Assembly (NCBI GenBank): GCA_002422315.1
Contig: DIUJ01000072.1
Coordinates: forward strand, 39,811-103,810
Source of the DNA: Bacteroidetes bacterium UBA6161
GTDB lineage: Bacteria; Bacteroidota; Bacteroidia; NS11-12g; UBA955
Length of the DNA: 64,000 bases
Direction of reading: 5' to 3'
This document shows, piece after piece, positions 39,027 through 50,000 of the stretch. The notes under the pieces were generated by a model. It was not told the origin of the DNA. It worked only from the letters and a program-made list of their open reading frames with translations, and searched no databases. Position numbers and translations under genes: made by a program. Each line of letters opens with the position of its first letter. Within the stretch, counting starts at the first letter, position 1.

Positions 39027-40604
39027 ATGACAACAGCGATAAGACCCGATGAAGTTTCTAGCATTTTGAAAGAACAAATTGCGAACTTTCGTTCAGAAGC
39101 TGAACTACAAGAAGTAGGTACTGTTCTTCAAGTTGGGGACGGTATAGCAAGAATTCACGGACTTTCTCAGGTTCAGTCCGGAGAAATTATTGAATTTGAA
39201 ACTGGTGTAAAAGCCATCGTATTAAACCTTGAAGAAGACAACGTAGGTGCCGTTTTGTTAGGTAGCTCTACTGAAGTAAAAGAAGGTAATACAGTAAAAA
39301 GAACAGGTAAAATTGCATCCATCAATGTTTCTGAAAAAATGTTGGGACGTGTAGTGAATACTCTTGGTGAACCAATTGACGGTAAGGGTCCTATTGAAGG
39401 TCCTTTCTTTGAAATGCCAATAGAAAGAAAAGCGCCAGGTGTATTGTATAGAGAACCTGTAAAAGAGCCTTTACAAACAGGTATCAAAGCTATTGATGCT
39501 ATGATTCCTGTAGGAAGAGGACAAAGAGAGTTAATTATTGGTGACCGTCAAACTGGAAAAACAGCAGTTGCGATTGATACTATCATCAATCAAAAGGAGT
39601 TTTACGAAAAAGGACAACCTGTATACTGTGTGTACGTAGCTTGTGGTCAAAAAGAATCTACAGTAAAGCAAATCGTTAAAACATTGGAAGAAAAAGGCGC
39701 GATGCCTTACACAGTAGTAGTTTCTGCTTCTGCTTCCTCTCCTACTCCATTGCAATTCTTTGCGCCTATGGCAGGTTGTGCAATTGCAGAAATGTTCAGA
39801 GATACCGGCCGTCCTGCACTTATAGTGTACGATGACTTGTCTAAACAAGCAGTAGCATACAGAGAAGTATCTCTACTTTTGAAAAGACCTCCTGGCCGTG
39901 AGGCATACCCTGGAGACGTATTCTACCTTCACTCAAGATTATTAGAAAGAGCTTGTAAATTGAATGCTTCTGACGCAATCACATCAAAAATGAATGACTT
40001 ACCTCCTTCACTTAATGGTTTGGTTAAAGGCGGTGGTTCTATTACAGCACTTCCAATTATTGAAACCCAAGCAGGTGACGTTTCTGCTTATATTCCTACT
40101 AACGTAATTTCTATTACAGATGGTCAAATATTCCTGGAATCTAACTTGTTTAACTCTGGTGTAAGACCAGCTATTAACGTGGGTATCTCTGTATCTCGTG
40201 TGGGTGGTAATGCACAAATTAAATCCATGAAAAAAGTTGCAGGTACTCTTAAGCTAGACCAAGCTCAGTACAGAGAATTAGAAGCTTTCGCAAAATTTGG
40301 TTCTGACTTAGATGCTGCTACAAAATCTGTATTAGAAAAAGGTGCTAGAAACGTAGAGATTCTAAAACAAGGACAATATTCACCTCTAAGAGTAGAACAA
40401 CAAATTGCTATGATTTACTTAGGTACAAATGGTTTACTAAATAAAGTACCAGTAAATAAAATACGTGAATTTGAAGCTACTTACTTAGAAATATTAGAGA
40501 ATAAACACAAAGAAATTTTGAACCAATTGGGTGCTGGCAAATACGACGAGAATATAACTAGCGTTCTGACCCAAGTGGCAGCTGAAGTTTCTAAATCTTA
40601 CTAA
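39027..40604 (+). CDS. atpA: F0F1 ATP synthase subunit alpha
   Basis: Walker A GDRQTGKT. Also [17 protein letters not shown] and [14 protein letters not shown]. Confidence 0.98.
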   Translation: MTTAIRPDEVSSILKEQIANFRSEAELQEVGTVLQVGDGIARIHGLSQVQSGEIIEFETGVKAIVLNLEEDNVGAVLLGSSTEVKEGNTVKRTGKIASINVSEKMLGRVVNTLGEPIDGKGPIEGPFFEMPIERKAPGVLYREPVKEPLQTGIKAIDAMIPVGRGQRELIIGDRQTGKTAVAIDTIINQKEFYEKGQPVYCVYVACGQKESTVKQIVKTLEEKGAMPYTVVVSASASSPTPLQFFAPMAGCAIAEMFRDTGRPALIVYDDLSKQAVAYREVSLLLKRPPGREAYPGDVFYLHSRLLERACKLNASDAITSKMNDLPPSLNGLVKGGGSITALPIIETQAGDVSAYIPTNVISITDGQIFLESNLFNSGVRPAINVGISVSRVGGNAQIKSMKKVAGTLKLDQAQYRELEAFAKFGSDLDAATKSVLEKGARNVEILKQGQYSPLRVEQQIAMIYLGTNGLLNKVPVNKIREFEATYLEILENKHKEILNQLGAGKYDENITSVLTQVAAEVSKSY

Positions 40605-40619
40605 TTTTAATACATCACT

Positions 40620-41501
40620 ATGGGAAGTTTAAAAGAAGTTAGAAGCAGAATATCGAGTACCATTTCTACGCAGCAAATTACAAAAGCGATGAAATTGGTA
40701 TCCGCTACTAAACTGCGTAAAGCACAAACAGGTATTATGCAAATGAGACCTTACGAAAACGCTCTAAGTGGTATTCTAACTAATTTGGCAGATTCTGTAG
40801 AGAATGAAAGACTCAGCAAGTTTTTTATTCCTAAAGATAAAGGTAAAAAACTACTTGTAGTTGTTACCTCCGACAGAGGACTTTGTGGCGCATTCAACGC
40901 AAACGTAACCAAAAAAGTTAGAAGTTTACTTGCCAATGAATATAAAGAAGATGTAGAAAAAGAGAATATTGAACTTCTTTTTATTGGTAAAAAAGGATAT
41001 GATTTCTTTAAAAAGAATCCGCAATTAATTTGCAATACACAATATATTAGTCTATTCCAGAATCTTAATTCCAATAACGTATTTGAAATGGCAAATGAGT
41101 TTTTAAATGACTTTTTAAGTTCTAAATATTCTACGGTAGAAGTAGTTTATAATCAATTTAAAAATGCAGCTACTCAAATCTTATCGCACGAAACCTACTT
41201 GCCTGTAAAATTGTATGTAAAAGAAAACAGTAACCTTAAGAGTGACTATATCTTTGAACCAGGAAAGGTAGAGATTCTAGAAGAACTTATCCCTAGAAGT
41301 TTAAAGACTAAAATGTTTCGTTTGCTAATGGATTCTTTTGCTTCTGAGCATGGTGCTAGAATGGTGGCAATGGACAAAGCAACTGACAATGCAGGAGATT
41401 TATTAAAAAGTCTGAAACTACAGTACAACCAAGCGCGCCAAGCAGCTATTACCCGCGAAATCTCTGAGATTGTGGGCGGTGCCGCAGCTTTGGGAGGATA
41501 A
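40620..41501 (+). CDS. atpG: F0F1 ATP synthase subunit gamma
   Basis: N-terminal LKEVRSRISSTISTQQITKAMKLVSATKLRKAQ and C-terminal ITREISEIVGGAAAL. Confidence 0.95.
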   Translation: MGSLKEVRSRISSTISTQQITKAMKLVSATKLRKAQTGIMQMRPYENALSGILTNLADSVENERLSKFFIPKDKGKKLLVVVTSDRGLCGAFNANVTKKVRSLLANEYKEDVEKENIELLFIGKKGYDFFKKNPQLICNTQYISLFQNLNSNNVFEMANEFLNDFLSSKYSTVEVVYNQFKNAATQILSHETYLPVKLYVKENSNLKSDYIFEPGKVEILEELIPRSLKTKMFRLLMDSFASEHGARMVAMDKATDNAGDLLKSLKLQYNQARQAAITREISEIVGGAAALGG

Positions 41502-41543
41502 TTATTCTATTCCCTTTAAAACAAGGTTTTATACATAATAAAT

Positions 41544-41583
41544 TATACAAGAAAGGCTTCCATTTGGAAGCCTTTCTTGTATA
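41544..41583. terminator. bidirectional rho-independent terminator
   Basis: Long perfect palindrome tatacaagaaaggcttcca-tt-tggaagcctttcttgtata between the convergent atpG and response-regulator genes. Confidence 0.85.
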
Positions 41584-41620
41584 ATCCTCTTTTTTAGGAT
41601 ACTAAAGATATTTCAATTCC

Positions 41621-42025
41621 TTAATTTTCATTAAATGATAGAAAAATCTCCTCTAGTATAGCTTTAGAAATTGGCTTTACATAATACTTATATACTATTG
41701 GATATTTTTTACTTTTTTCAATATCGTCGCTGTGATTAGACGAGGAAAGCATGCATAATTTACAATTCGAGGGTAGATTGGTTGGATATTTTTCTGTAAG
41801 TCTATCCAACAGTTCCCATCCATTTAATATAGGCATGTTTATATCTAGCAATATGGATGTGTTTTCAAACTTGAGTGATTCTAGATTTAATAAGTACTGA
41901 CAGGCTTCTAATGGGTTTGTGAAAGATACGATGTTTGTTTTTGGATTTATTTGATGTAACTGTTTTTCAACCAAAAAATTATTTATTCGGTCATCATCAA
42001 TCAAAACAAAGTTTAATAAATTCAT
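41621..42025 (-). CDS. single-domain response regulator (REC only)
   Basis: LIDDD, phospho-acceptor context LLDINMP, and conserved Lys in YYVKP. Confidence 0.85.
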   Translation of the reverse strand: MNLLNFVLIDDDRINNFLVEKQLHQINPKTNIVSFTNPLEACQYLLNLESLKFENTSILLDINMPILNGWELLDRLTEKYPTNLPSNCKLCMLSSSNHSDDIEKSKKYPIVYKYYVKPISKAILEEIFLSFNEN

Positions 42026-42044
42026 GTGTTTAAGGTGTTTGTAG

Positions 42045-43484
42045 TTAATATGTGTGTGTGTGTTGCAAAGTTAAGAGGTTCTTTTCATATTCATACAATT
42101 CTTTACTAAAAATTAATTCGACCGTTGTGCCTTCATTCAATTTGGAACTTATTTCGAAAGTACCATCGTGAGACTCCATTATTGAAGATACGATTTTTAA
42201 AGACAAGCCCTTTTTCCCCTTCTGAGTATTCATTTTATTATACAAACCTGAGCTTCTTGTAGAATAATATTCCTTATCAAAGCCCTCCCCATTGTCTTCT
42301 ATTCTTAGCTTTATAATTTGGTCGTTCTCTTCCAGGGAGAATTTAATAACAGGGGCTACTCTACTCTTTGGTACAATATGTTCTATTGAATTCTTTAATA
42401 TTTCCCTAATAATGAATTTGATACTAACATCGGGGAAATAAATTGTCGAGTTGGTATCAAAAGAAAACTCGATAATTTGTTTTAAATCATCAGAAAGATC
42501 CATTTCAGAAACAACTTGCTCGCAAATTTCCATTAAATTGTTCCATTGAGAAGTATGGATATAAAAATCCTCTTTCGCTTGTAGTAAAGTAGCAAGGTCG
42601 TCCAAAGCATGTATAAGATTGGAACTCGTTTCTTCAAGCATCACAAAAAGCTCTTTAGAGGTCTTGTCTTCCAGCAAATTTTTAGAAAAAAGACTGAGTA
42701 ACTGCATACAATTTAAAACTGGATTTCTCAAATCGTGTGAGAACATATAGTTAAAATTTCTAAGGCTTGTTAGTTGTTTGTACAAAAGGGCATTTTTCTT
42801 ATCTACAGAATCGTAAGCATGTTGTAGTTCGGTTATATTGTTAAGGTAAATGTTGTAGTATTTATTCTCAAAATTTGCTAAAACAAATACACGAAAATAC
42901 ATATCTTGATGTCTCCAATAAAAGGTCTTTTTGTTCTTTTTTAAGTTTATTTCGTTTAATTCTTTCTTCCATTGAAAAGGAAACAAGATATTTTTAAAAA
43001 TACTTGCAGCATCATTGTTTTTGTAGATTATATTTAGGTTAAAATCCACCCTAAGTATAGGACTTGGAAATTCCTGTGTTAATTCTATGATTGTATCTAA
43101 TTTGCTTTTTTTCTGCTGAATTTTATTTACTTGGATTTCTAAAGCTTCAAATAACTCCTCTGATTTGAATGGTTTAATCAAAAAATCTTCCGCTCCACTG
43201 TTCATGGAGAGTCTGAAAACCTGTTCTGGATTTTGAGCTGTCATCATTACAAAATGGACATCCGCATGTTTTTTGTCCGATTTTATAACATTCATTAAAT
43301 CAATCCCATTATAATCTGGCAGTTTAATATCAGAAAGTATAATGTCTGGATCAAATGTTTTTAAAACCTCTAAGGCAATTTTCCCAGTCAAAGCACCTTG
43401 AACATAATACCCTTTTAGATTCAACATTTCAAGAATGGAATCTAAAAGTGTAAACTGGTCTTCGATTACGAGAATTTTACTCAT
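42045..43484 (-). CDS. hybrid sensor kinase with N-terminal receiver (REC-HisKA-HATPase)
   Basis: REC (ILVIEDQ, LSDIKLPDYNG, FLIKPF), H-box FSHDLRNPV, N-box EILKNSIEH, G-box DNGEGF. ATG at 43484 preferred over the listed TTG at 43493. Confidence 0.85.
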   Translation of the reverse strand: MSKILVIEDQFTLLDSILEMLNLKGYYVQGALTGKIALEVLKTFDPDIILSDIKLPDYNGIDLMNVIKSDKKHADVHFVMMTAQNPEQVFRLSMNSGAEDFLIKPFKSEELFEALEIQVNKIQQKKSKLDTIIELTQEFPSPILRVDFNLNIIYKNNDAASIFKNILFPFQWKKELNEINLKKNKKTFYWRHQDMYFRVFVLANFENKYYNIYLNNITELQHAYDSVDKKNALLYKQLTSLRNFNYMFSHDLRNPVLNCMQLLSLFSKNLLEDKTSKELFVMLEETSSNLIHALDDLATLLQAKEDFYIHTSQWNNLMEICEQVVSEMDLSDDLKQIIEFSFDTNSTIYFPDVSIKFIIREILKNSIEHIVPKSRVAPVIKFSLEENDQIIKLRIEDNGEGFDKEYYSTRSSGLYNKMNTQKGKKGLSLKIVSSIMESHDGTFEISSKLNEGTTVELIFSKELYEYEKNLLTLQHTHTY

Positions 43485-43485
43485 G

Positions 43486-44169
43486 TTATGCAAACTCTGA
43501 TTTAATTTTCAATGCAAATTTCAAAAGTGAGTTAGTTCCCTCTAAATGTAATTTTTGCATTATGTTGTAGCGATGGTTTTCAACAGTTTTGGGACTAATA
43601 TAAAATTCTTCAGCAATTTGAGCTGTTGTTTTTCCTTTTGCTATATTTTCAAAAACCATTTTTTCGGTTTTAGTAAGCGATATTAGTTTAGAAAACGAAC
43701 CTCTTTCATCGGGCGTTAGTTTAGTAATTATGGCTTTGCTGTGCTTAGAAGGCAAGGTCGCTAAAATTTGATTCTTCCGATCTAATCTAGATTGAATAGA
43801 CCTTTCCAATTCCTCGAAAGTAAAGGGCTTGGTTATGAAATCATCTGCTCCGAGTTCCATGCCCCATCGAAAATCATGCTTTTCAACTTTGGCGGTTAGA
43901 AATATAAAAGGCATATCATTAAATTTGGGATTTGCCCTCACTTGTTTCAATAACTGGAATCCATCCATTACAGGCATGGCTATATCGCAAAGTACAATAT
44001 GTGGTTCAAAGTTTTTAATTTTGACTAAAGCATCCAAGCCATTTGGCATGTGCATCACATCATAATTCTTCATGGTGAGAAATTCGACTATACTTTCAGC
44101 TAGCATAATCTCATCTTCTACCAAAAGTATTTTTAAACCCTTGCCTATATCCTTCTTTTTAGAGTTCAT
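43486..44169 (-). CDS. LuxR/NarL-family response regulator
   Basis: REC (LLVEDE, LCDIAMPVMDG, FITKPF) plus a LuxR HTH (TEKMVFENIAKGKTTAQIAEEFYISPKTVENHRYNIMQKL). Confidence 0.9.
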   Translation of the reverse strand: MNSKKKDIGKGLKILLVEDEIMLAESIVEFLTMKNYDVMHMPNGLDALVKIKNFEPHIVLCDIAMPVMDGFQLLKQVRANPKFNDMPFIFLTAKVEKHDFRWGMELGADDFITKPFTFEELERSIQSRLDRKNQILATLPSKHSKAIITKLTPDERGSFSKLISLTKTEKMVFENIAKGKTTAQIAEEFYISPKTVENHRYNIMQKLHLEGTNSLLKFALKIKSEFA

Positions 44170-44389
44170 TTGAATGTTTGTTGTATATATTAAGCATCAA
44201 AATTAATACTAAAATGATATATTAAAAAAATTATTGTTTTATCATTTTGAGAAGCACCCATATTTAAAAACTTCTATTTATCTCACTTAACAATAAACCA
44301 AATAAAAAGTTTTGAAATTTTACTGTTGTAAAAAATGAGGGTATTACCTAAAAAAAAAGCATTAAAATTGCAGTTCAATTCATCCACAC

Positions 44390-47002
44390 ATGCAAGCTAC
44401 GAATCTCCTTAAACTATTTCCAAAAATAAGCGAAACACTATTAAAAAACAAGAATAAACAAGAGGCTTTAGATATTGTACTAAAAATGTTGGGAGAAGCC
44501 ACATTTACAGATAGGGTTTATTATTTTAAATGCCACGAAGTAAATAATGAAACATGTATAAGTTATACCGCAGAATGGTGCAAAGAGGGTATCAGTCCTC
44601 AGGTAGATTCCCCTGACTTAAATAATATCCCCTGGACAGTTTTCCCAGATGTTTTTGAACTTCTATTGAATAACAATACCCTTTACGGACATATAAACGA
44701 GTGGCCTGAATCTAATTTTAAAGAAGCTATGTCGGCTCAAGATATTCAATCATTTTTATTTGCAAAAATCCATCTAAACGACAAATTCATGGGGTTTGTG
44801 GGGTTTGATAGTTGTATAACAAAACGAGACTGGACAGAAGAAGAAGCCACCATACTTAGTTATTTATCTGATATAATTGCGAATAGATTTCTTTCTGATG
44901 AAGCTTCAGAAAAAGCAGATTTCTTACTTACAAAACTTGAGAAGACAAATGTATTGTTGAATAAGATAAGAAACATTCAATCTAAGTTCATGGAAAACAC
45001 GAAAGATTATAATGAACTTTTTAATATCATGCTCGATGCTATACTAGACTATTCTGGGGCAAGTATAGGTTTTGTAGGAGAAGTACTTCACGATGAAAAA
45101 GGAGACCCTTATTTAAAATCACATGCAGTTACCAATATTGCTTGGAATAAGGAAATGAAAGACTTTTATGAAGCAAATAAGGCAAATGGTTTAGAATTTA
45201 GAAACTTAAAGACTTTATTTGGGAGAACTTTAGAATTTGATGAAATCGTAATAAGCAATAGTCCAATTTCCGACACCCGCAGAGGTGGCTTGCCGGGTGG
45301 ACACCCTCCTCTAAAAAACTTTTTGGGTTGCCCTGTAAAATACGCTGATAAAACTATTGGTATGATAGGTCTTGCAAACTACAAAGAAGACATTACTCAA
45401 GAAAATTTAAAAGACCTTGATTTAGTTTTAGATACATATGGCAGTTTGATACATATTCTGAGACTAGAAAAAGAAAAACAAGCAAGTCTAGAACTTATTG
45501 AAAAACAAAGGAAAGCATTTGAAGAATTGTTTGAAACCACTCTTGCAGGATATTGGGATTGGAACCCAATAGAAAATACTGAATATTTAAGCCCACAATT
45601 CAAAAAAACATTTGGATATGAGGAAGAAGAACTAGAAAACAAACCCGAAAGTTGGATGGCTTTAGCAGACCCTGATGATTTAAACAAAATGTTTGCCGAA
45701 TACACCAAACATGAAAATTCCGGAGGTGCTGTTCCTTTTAAAATAGAGTTAAAGTTCACCCACAAGGATGGATCAATCAAAAATATATTGTGTGGGGGTA
45801 AAATATTTGAATGGGATGTAAATGGAAAGCCTAAAAGGGTTGTTGGTTGCCATATAGACCTCACGGCTCTAAGAAAAGCAGAAGCATCACTTATAGAAAG
45901 AGAAGAGTTTCTAAGGCAAATTGCAGAGAATGTAAATTTGGTATTTTTCGTACTTTCTGCGGACAGAAAAAAACTTTTGTTTGTTAACAATAAGCTAGAA
46001 CAATTGTATGGCATAAATGCAGAATTGGTTTCTCAAGACCCTTCACTTTTTCTTAATTATATACCTGCAGAAGATGTAATAACAATGATAGAGGATGGGG
46101 GTAAATACGATATTGATAAGTCAGGTCATTTCGTTTCTGAACACAGGTTACAAAACCCTTTGAATCATAAAATAAAACATGTAAGAACCCAATTACTGCC
46201 TGTAATATACAATGGAGAAATTCAAAGACTAGTGGGTTTTATTGAAGATATTACAAATGTAGTGCTATCTGAAAAAAAATTAAAAGAGAACCTTTCTAAA
46301 GAAAAAGAACTGAATAAATTAAAATCATATTTTATATCGATGGTTTCTCATCAATTCCGCACCCCTATGGCGATTATCCAATCCAACATAGAACTAATTG
46401 AACTTAAGGCGAAAAAACATCCTGAATTTCAGTCTTCTGTAATGAAACACACGGAAAAGGTGGAAACAGAAATAAAATGGTTAACTGAACTTCTTTCTGA
46501 TATCTTACTTTTAGAGAAATCAAAAAGTCAAAAATCTCAGATGGTTAAAAAGGCATTAGATATTAAAGTATTTTTACTCTCTATAATCGCAGATTTTGAT
46601 TTAACAAACAGTGACTTACAAATTGTTTCAAAAATAGAGGACAACATTGAATTCATATCTTTTGTAAATGAATCGAAATTAAGACATGCTATAATAAATA
46701 TCTTATCCAACGCATATAAATATGGCGGTTTAAAGAAAGGACCAGAATTAATACTATCTAAACTTGACAATAAAATTGTTATCAGAATAAAAGATAGCGG
46801 TATAGGGATTCCTGATTCAGAAATAAAAAACTTATTTACCCCTTTTAGCAGAGCATCTAATGTTGGAGAAATACCAGGAACGGGTTTAGGCTTGTGTATA
46901 GCTAAAGAATTTATAGAACAAAACAATGGAACTATAAAAGTAACTTCTGAAGAAAATAAAGGTACAGAGATTTATATTGAATTACCAGATATGAATTCTT
47001 AG
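44390..47002 (+). CDS. cytoplasmic sensor histidine kinase, GAF-GAF-PAS-PAS-HisKA-HATPase
   Basis: No TM segments seen. Two GAF-like regions, two PAS-like regions, H-box MVSHQFRTPM, N-box NILSNAYKYG, G1 DSGIGIP, G2 GTGLGL. Confidence 0.88.
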   Translation: MQATNLLKLFPKISETLLKNKNKQEALDIVLKMLGEATFTDRVYYFKCHEVNNETCISYTAEWCKEGISPQVDSPDLNNIPWTVFPDVFELLLNNNTLYGHINEWPESNFKEAMSAQDIQSFLFAKIHLNDKFMGFVGFDSCITKRDWTEEEATILSYLSDIIANRFLSDEASEKADFLLTKLEKTNVLLNKIRNIQSKFMENTKDYNELFNIMLDAILDYSGASIGFVGEVLHDEKGDPYLKSHAVTNIAWNKEMKDFYEANKANGLEFRNLKTLFGRTLEFDEIVISNSPISDTRRGGLPGGHPPLKNFLGCPVKYADKTIGMIGLANYKEDITQENLKDLDLVLDTYGSLIHILRLEKEKQASLELIEKQRKAFEELFETTLAGYWDWNPIENTEYLSPQFKKTFGYEEEELENKPESWMALADPDDLNKMFAEYTKHENSGGAVPFKIELKFTHKDGSIKNILCGGKIFEWDVNGKPKRVVGCHIDLTALRKAEASLIEREEFLRQIAENVNLVFFVLSADRKKLLFVNNKLEQLYGINAELVSQDPSLFLNYIPAEDVITMIEDGGKYDIDKSGHFVSEHRLQNPLNHKIKHVRTQLLPVIYNGEIQRLVGFIEDITNVVLSEKKLKENLSKEKELNKLKSYFISMVSHQFRTPMAIIQSNIELIELKAKKHPEFQSSVMKHTEKVETEIKWLTELLSDILLLEKSKSQKSQMVKKALDIKVFLLSIIADFDLTNSDLQIVSKIEDNIEFISFVNESKLRHAIINILSNAYKYGGLKKGPELILSKLDNKIVIRIKDSGIGIPDSEIKNLFTPFSRASNVGEIPGTGLGLCIAKEFIEQNNGTIKVTSEENKGTEIYIELPDMNS

Positions 47003-47047
47003 ATAATTTAAAGGGCCTTTAAAAGCATTTTAAACCTCTTTATATAC

Positions 47048-50000
47048 TTAATTACCAACTACACTTAATGTGAATTTTTTAGAATAAACTTCTCCGGATT
47101 CATGTATAGCTTCTAAAAATAAAATATAATTCCCTACCATTAGCTTGCTGTTCATGCTTTGGTTAATTGCATCCCAAAATATCTCTCCTTCCTGCTCCAA
47201 AGTTGTTGCTTTGAGTGCAGTACCTAAAGGCTCCCCATGTATAGAATAAAGTTTAATTTCCATTTTGAAATTTGGCTTTGGCAAGGAATAACCAATAATT
47301 AATAAATCATTGTATCCGTCTCCATTTGGGCTAATTACCACTCCATTTTTAAAATAAAAATGTTCTTTTGTTACAACTATGTTGGAAAAAATTTGCGAAT
47401 TTGCATAGCCAGGGGTTCCAAAACCAGCGCTACTTGCTGCCGACTGCCAATTACCTTTGTCTTTATGGGAAGTAGAAACACGCTCAAGGCTTACCCCTTT
47501 ATAAGTTTTTAACATCGTATAATGCTGTTTCTCGTTATATTGTATGCTATCTAAAAAAATCCCGCTTTCATTTAATATAACAACACCACCACTTCTCTGT
47601 GGGTAAGAAGGCATTTTATTAATCTGCAATATATTTTCAGGATATTTACAATTATAGGTTGTACAAACTTCTTTGGGCAATGCTGTTAAACATAAAATCT
47701 GAAATGGTTCTAATAATTTACCTGAAGTACTTATAGGGAAAAATTCTCTTAAGGAACCATCTTCAAATAAATTCCCTAAAAATAATTCGCTCAAATCCAA
47801 ATAATTGGAACCAGTATTTATTATTTCTACATATTCCGCTCCAGCAATTTCTGGATTAAATAGTATTTCATTTATTAAAATATCACCCTGTTTTATTTGT
47901 TCTGGCAGCGCAAACTTTGTTTCTATATTTCGAACTTTATTTCCCGCACAATCCATAATCTCGCCAATTTGCAAAGTGTACTCCACCCCTTCTTCTAATG
48001 CTTTAGATATCTTTAAAAGTATGTTCTTGGGTGATAATACTGTATACTGTTCTGGATAAACAACACCTATATTACTCTCTTTTATTCTAAAATTTAAAAA
48101 ATTTGTATTTGCTTCTATTTCTAGTTTTTCCGTAAAAATTATTTCAAGTGTGTACTTATCTATAGGGAAAACAGAAAAGATCCGAGGGTTTTCAATGTCT
48201 GGATTTTCTTGAAAAATACTATTCCTCTTACATGGAGTACCTCCAATTAGTGAATTAGATACACCCCAATTCTCTACCCCCCCACAAGGATTAAAAGGGT
48301 CTTTTATTTCTAAACTATATCCACCTTGCTTTTTAAAATTATCATTAATCCAATTTTCAGAATAAGCAATACTATGGATTTCAAAACCCTCCGGATTCAA
48401 AAGAGAAAGTAGTTCTCCTGTCTTATTAGGTTCTGGGAAACTCGACAACCCAATGCTTTCTCCAATATCTTGAAATAGTGCATGATTGTTTTTTGAGCAA
48501 AGAATTACATAAGATTTAGGATACAATAAATAACGAGGAATAGAGGCTTCTGTGTTATTATCCTTGTATTTACATCCTTCTAAATTCAAAATCGTATCCG
48601 TTCTGTTAAACAATTCAAGGTATTTAGCATTGGGCAAGCCAATCTGAGAAGAAGGATTACTCATTATTTCTGTAATCAAAACTTCATTTTGATTTGGATT
48701 TCTTGTAATAGGCATGGCTAAAATAGTATATTCCAATTCCTTGTTTTTGCAATCTCTCATTCCTTTAACCTCTAAATCCAATACCATAGATGCAGGCCAA
48801 AAACTATCAATTTTTAATTCAATTGAATTCTCTCCAATGTATGATAGACTGTTAATTTGGTAATTAGCTCCCAATACACTAAACATTGCATTGTTTAATT
48901 TAAAATTAGAATCTATGGCGGTACTAAACTCTACAATTATATAATTAGGGAACTTTCCAATAGCAGTTTTTGCTTCTAAATTTATGGAATCTTTCCAGAA
49001 ATTTCTCGCAGAATTGTCTTTGCCGGGCGTACCTCCTTGCTCATCAATCGATGCCCTCCAATTTATTTCCTGCTTACAAGTTGTTTTATCAGAAATTGAC
49101 TCCAAGGCGACCCCTCCTTGTTTTGCCAATTCGTTTCCATACCATTTATCAGTATAGCTCACACTATGTATTAGATTATTCATAGAATCACGTATAGAAA
49201 CAGTTTCCTCTGTTTTATTTAATATAGGGAAAGAGGACAAACCTATACTTTTACCAAAAACATTAAAGAAATTCAATGCAGCAAGCGGACATAAAATAAC
49301 AAAACTATCTGGTTCTAAATAAAAATCTGGAATAACCACATTGCTTACTTTATCTGAAAAAATAAATTTAGAGGCATAAATTGTTTTAGTAGACGTGTTT
49401 TTCAATTCCACATACTGAAAAGGAGGCAAGCCTTTGCTCGGAGAAGAAATAATCATTATTTCATTAATTTTCAACTCGCCAAAATCTGCTTTTTCAAATA
49501 CTAAATATCTAAATGTAAAACTTGTATCTAGAATAGCATTGCCATTCAAATCCTTAATATTTTGCACGGTAAAGACGTAGTTTTGCCTGGATTTAAAACT
49601 ATAAGGGAAACAAACCTTAAGCTTGGTAGTGAAAAATTCTACGAGCATAGGATTTAATTTTTGATATTTTTCATCGACTAAACTAAAGTTTGAAAGAAGA
49701 CTTGCAGAAACGGAATCAATTGCCTCAGAAAAATTAATTTCTATACAAGAATCACTACTTAGGGAAAAAGACAAAACCGCTGGCGGAATTGTATCTTTTA
49801 GAACAGGACCTGCATATATTTCATAAAAAAAATGTTTCTTAAAAAAACTACTCGTAGATTGTCGTACAGTAAAACCGCAATTTCTAAAATCGTGTTTAGA
49901 AAAAGTATCTTTTTGACTTTGAAAAAGACTTAAGGTATCGGAATTATTCCAAGTTTTATAGGCTAAATTCCAAATATAGTTGCTATCTAAAGTAACTCGG

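Noticed and set aside
42051-42062. (TG)6 microsatellite at the 3' end of the hybrid kinase gene as a phase-variation switch
   Set aside because: It affects only the last about 5 codons (LQHTHTY), so slippage would have little functional consequence. It is mentioned only within the two-component finding.
45397-46014. 205-aa ORF antisense to the GAF-PAS histidine kinase
   Set aside because: Shadow ORF with low-complexity S/F/L-rich sequence and no motifs. The sense-strand domains are clear.
47003-47047. AT-rich near-palindrome tttaaagggcctttaaa as a bidirectional terminator between the kinase and LTD genes
   Set aside because: The stem is only 7 bp of mostly A-T with a 3-nt loop and no clear U-run, which is too weak to call.
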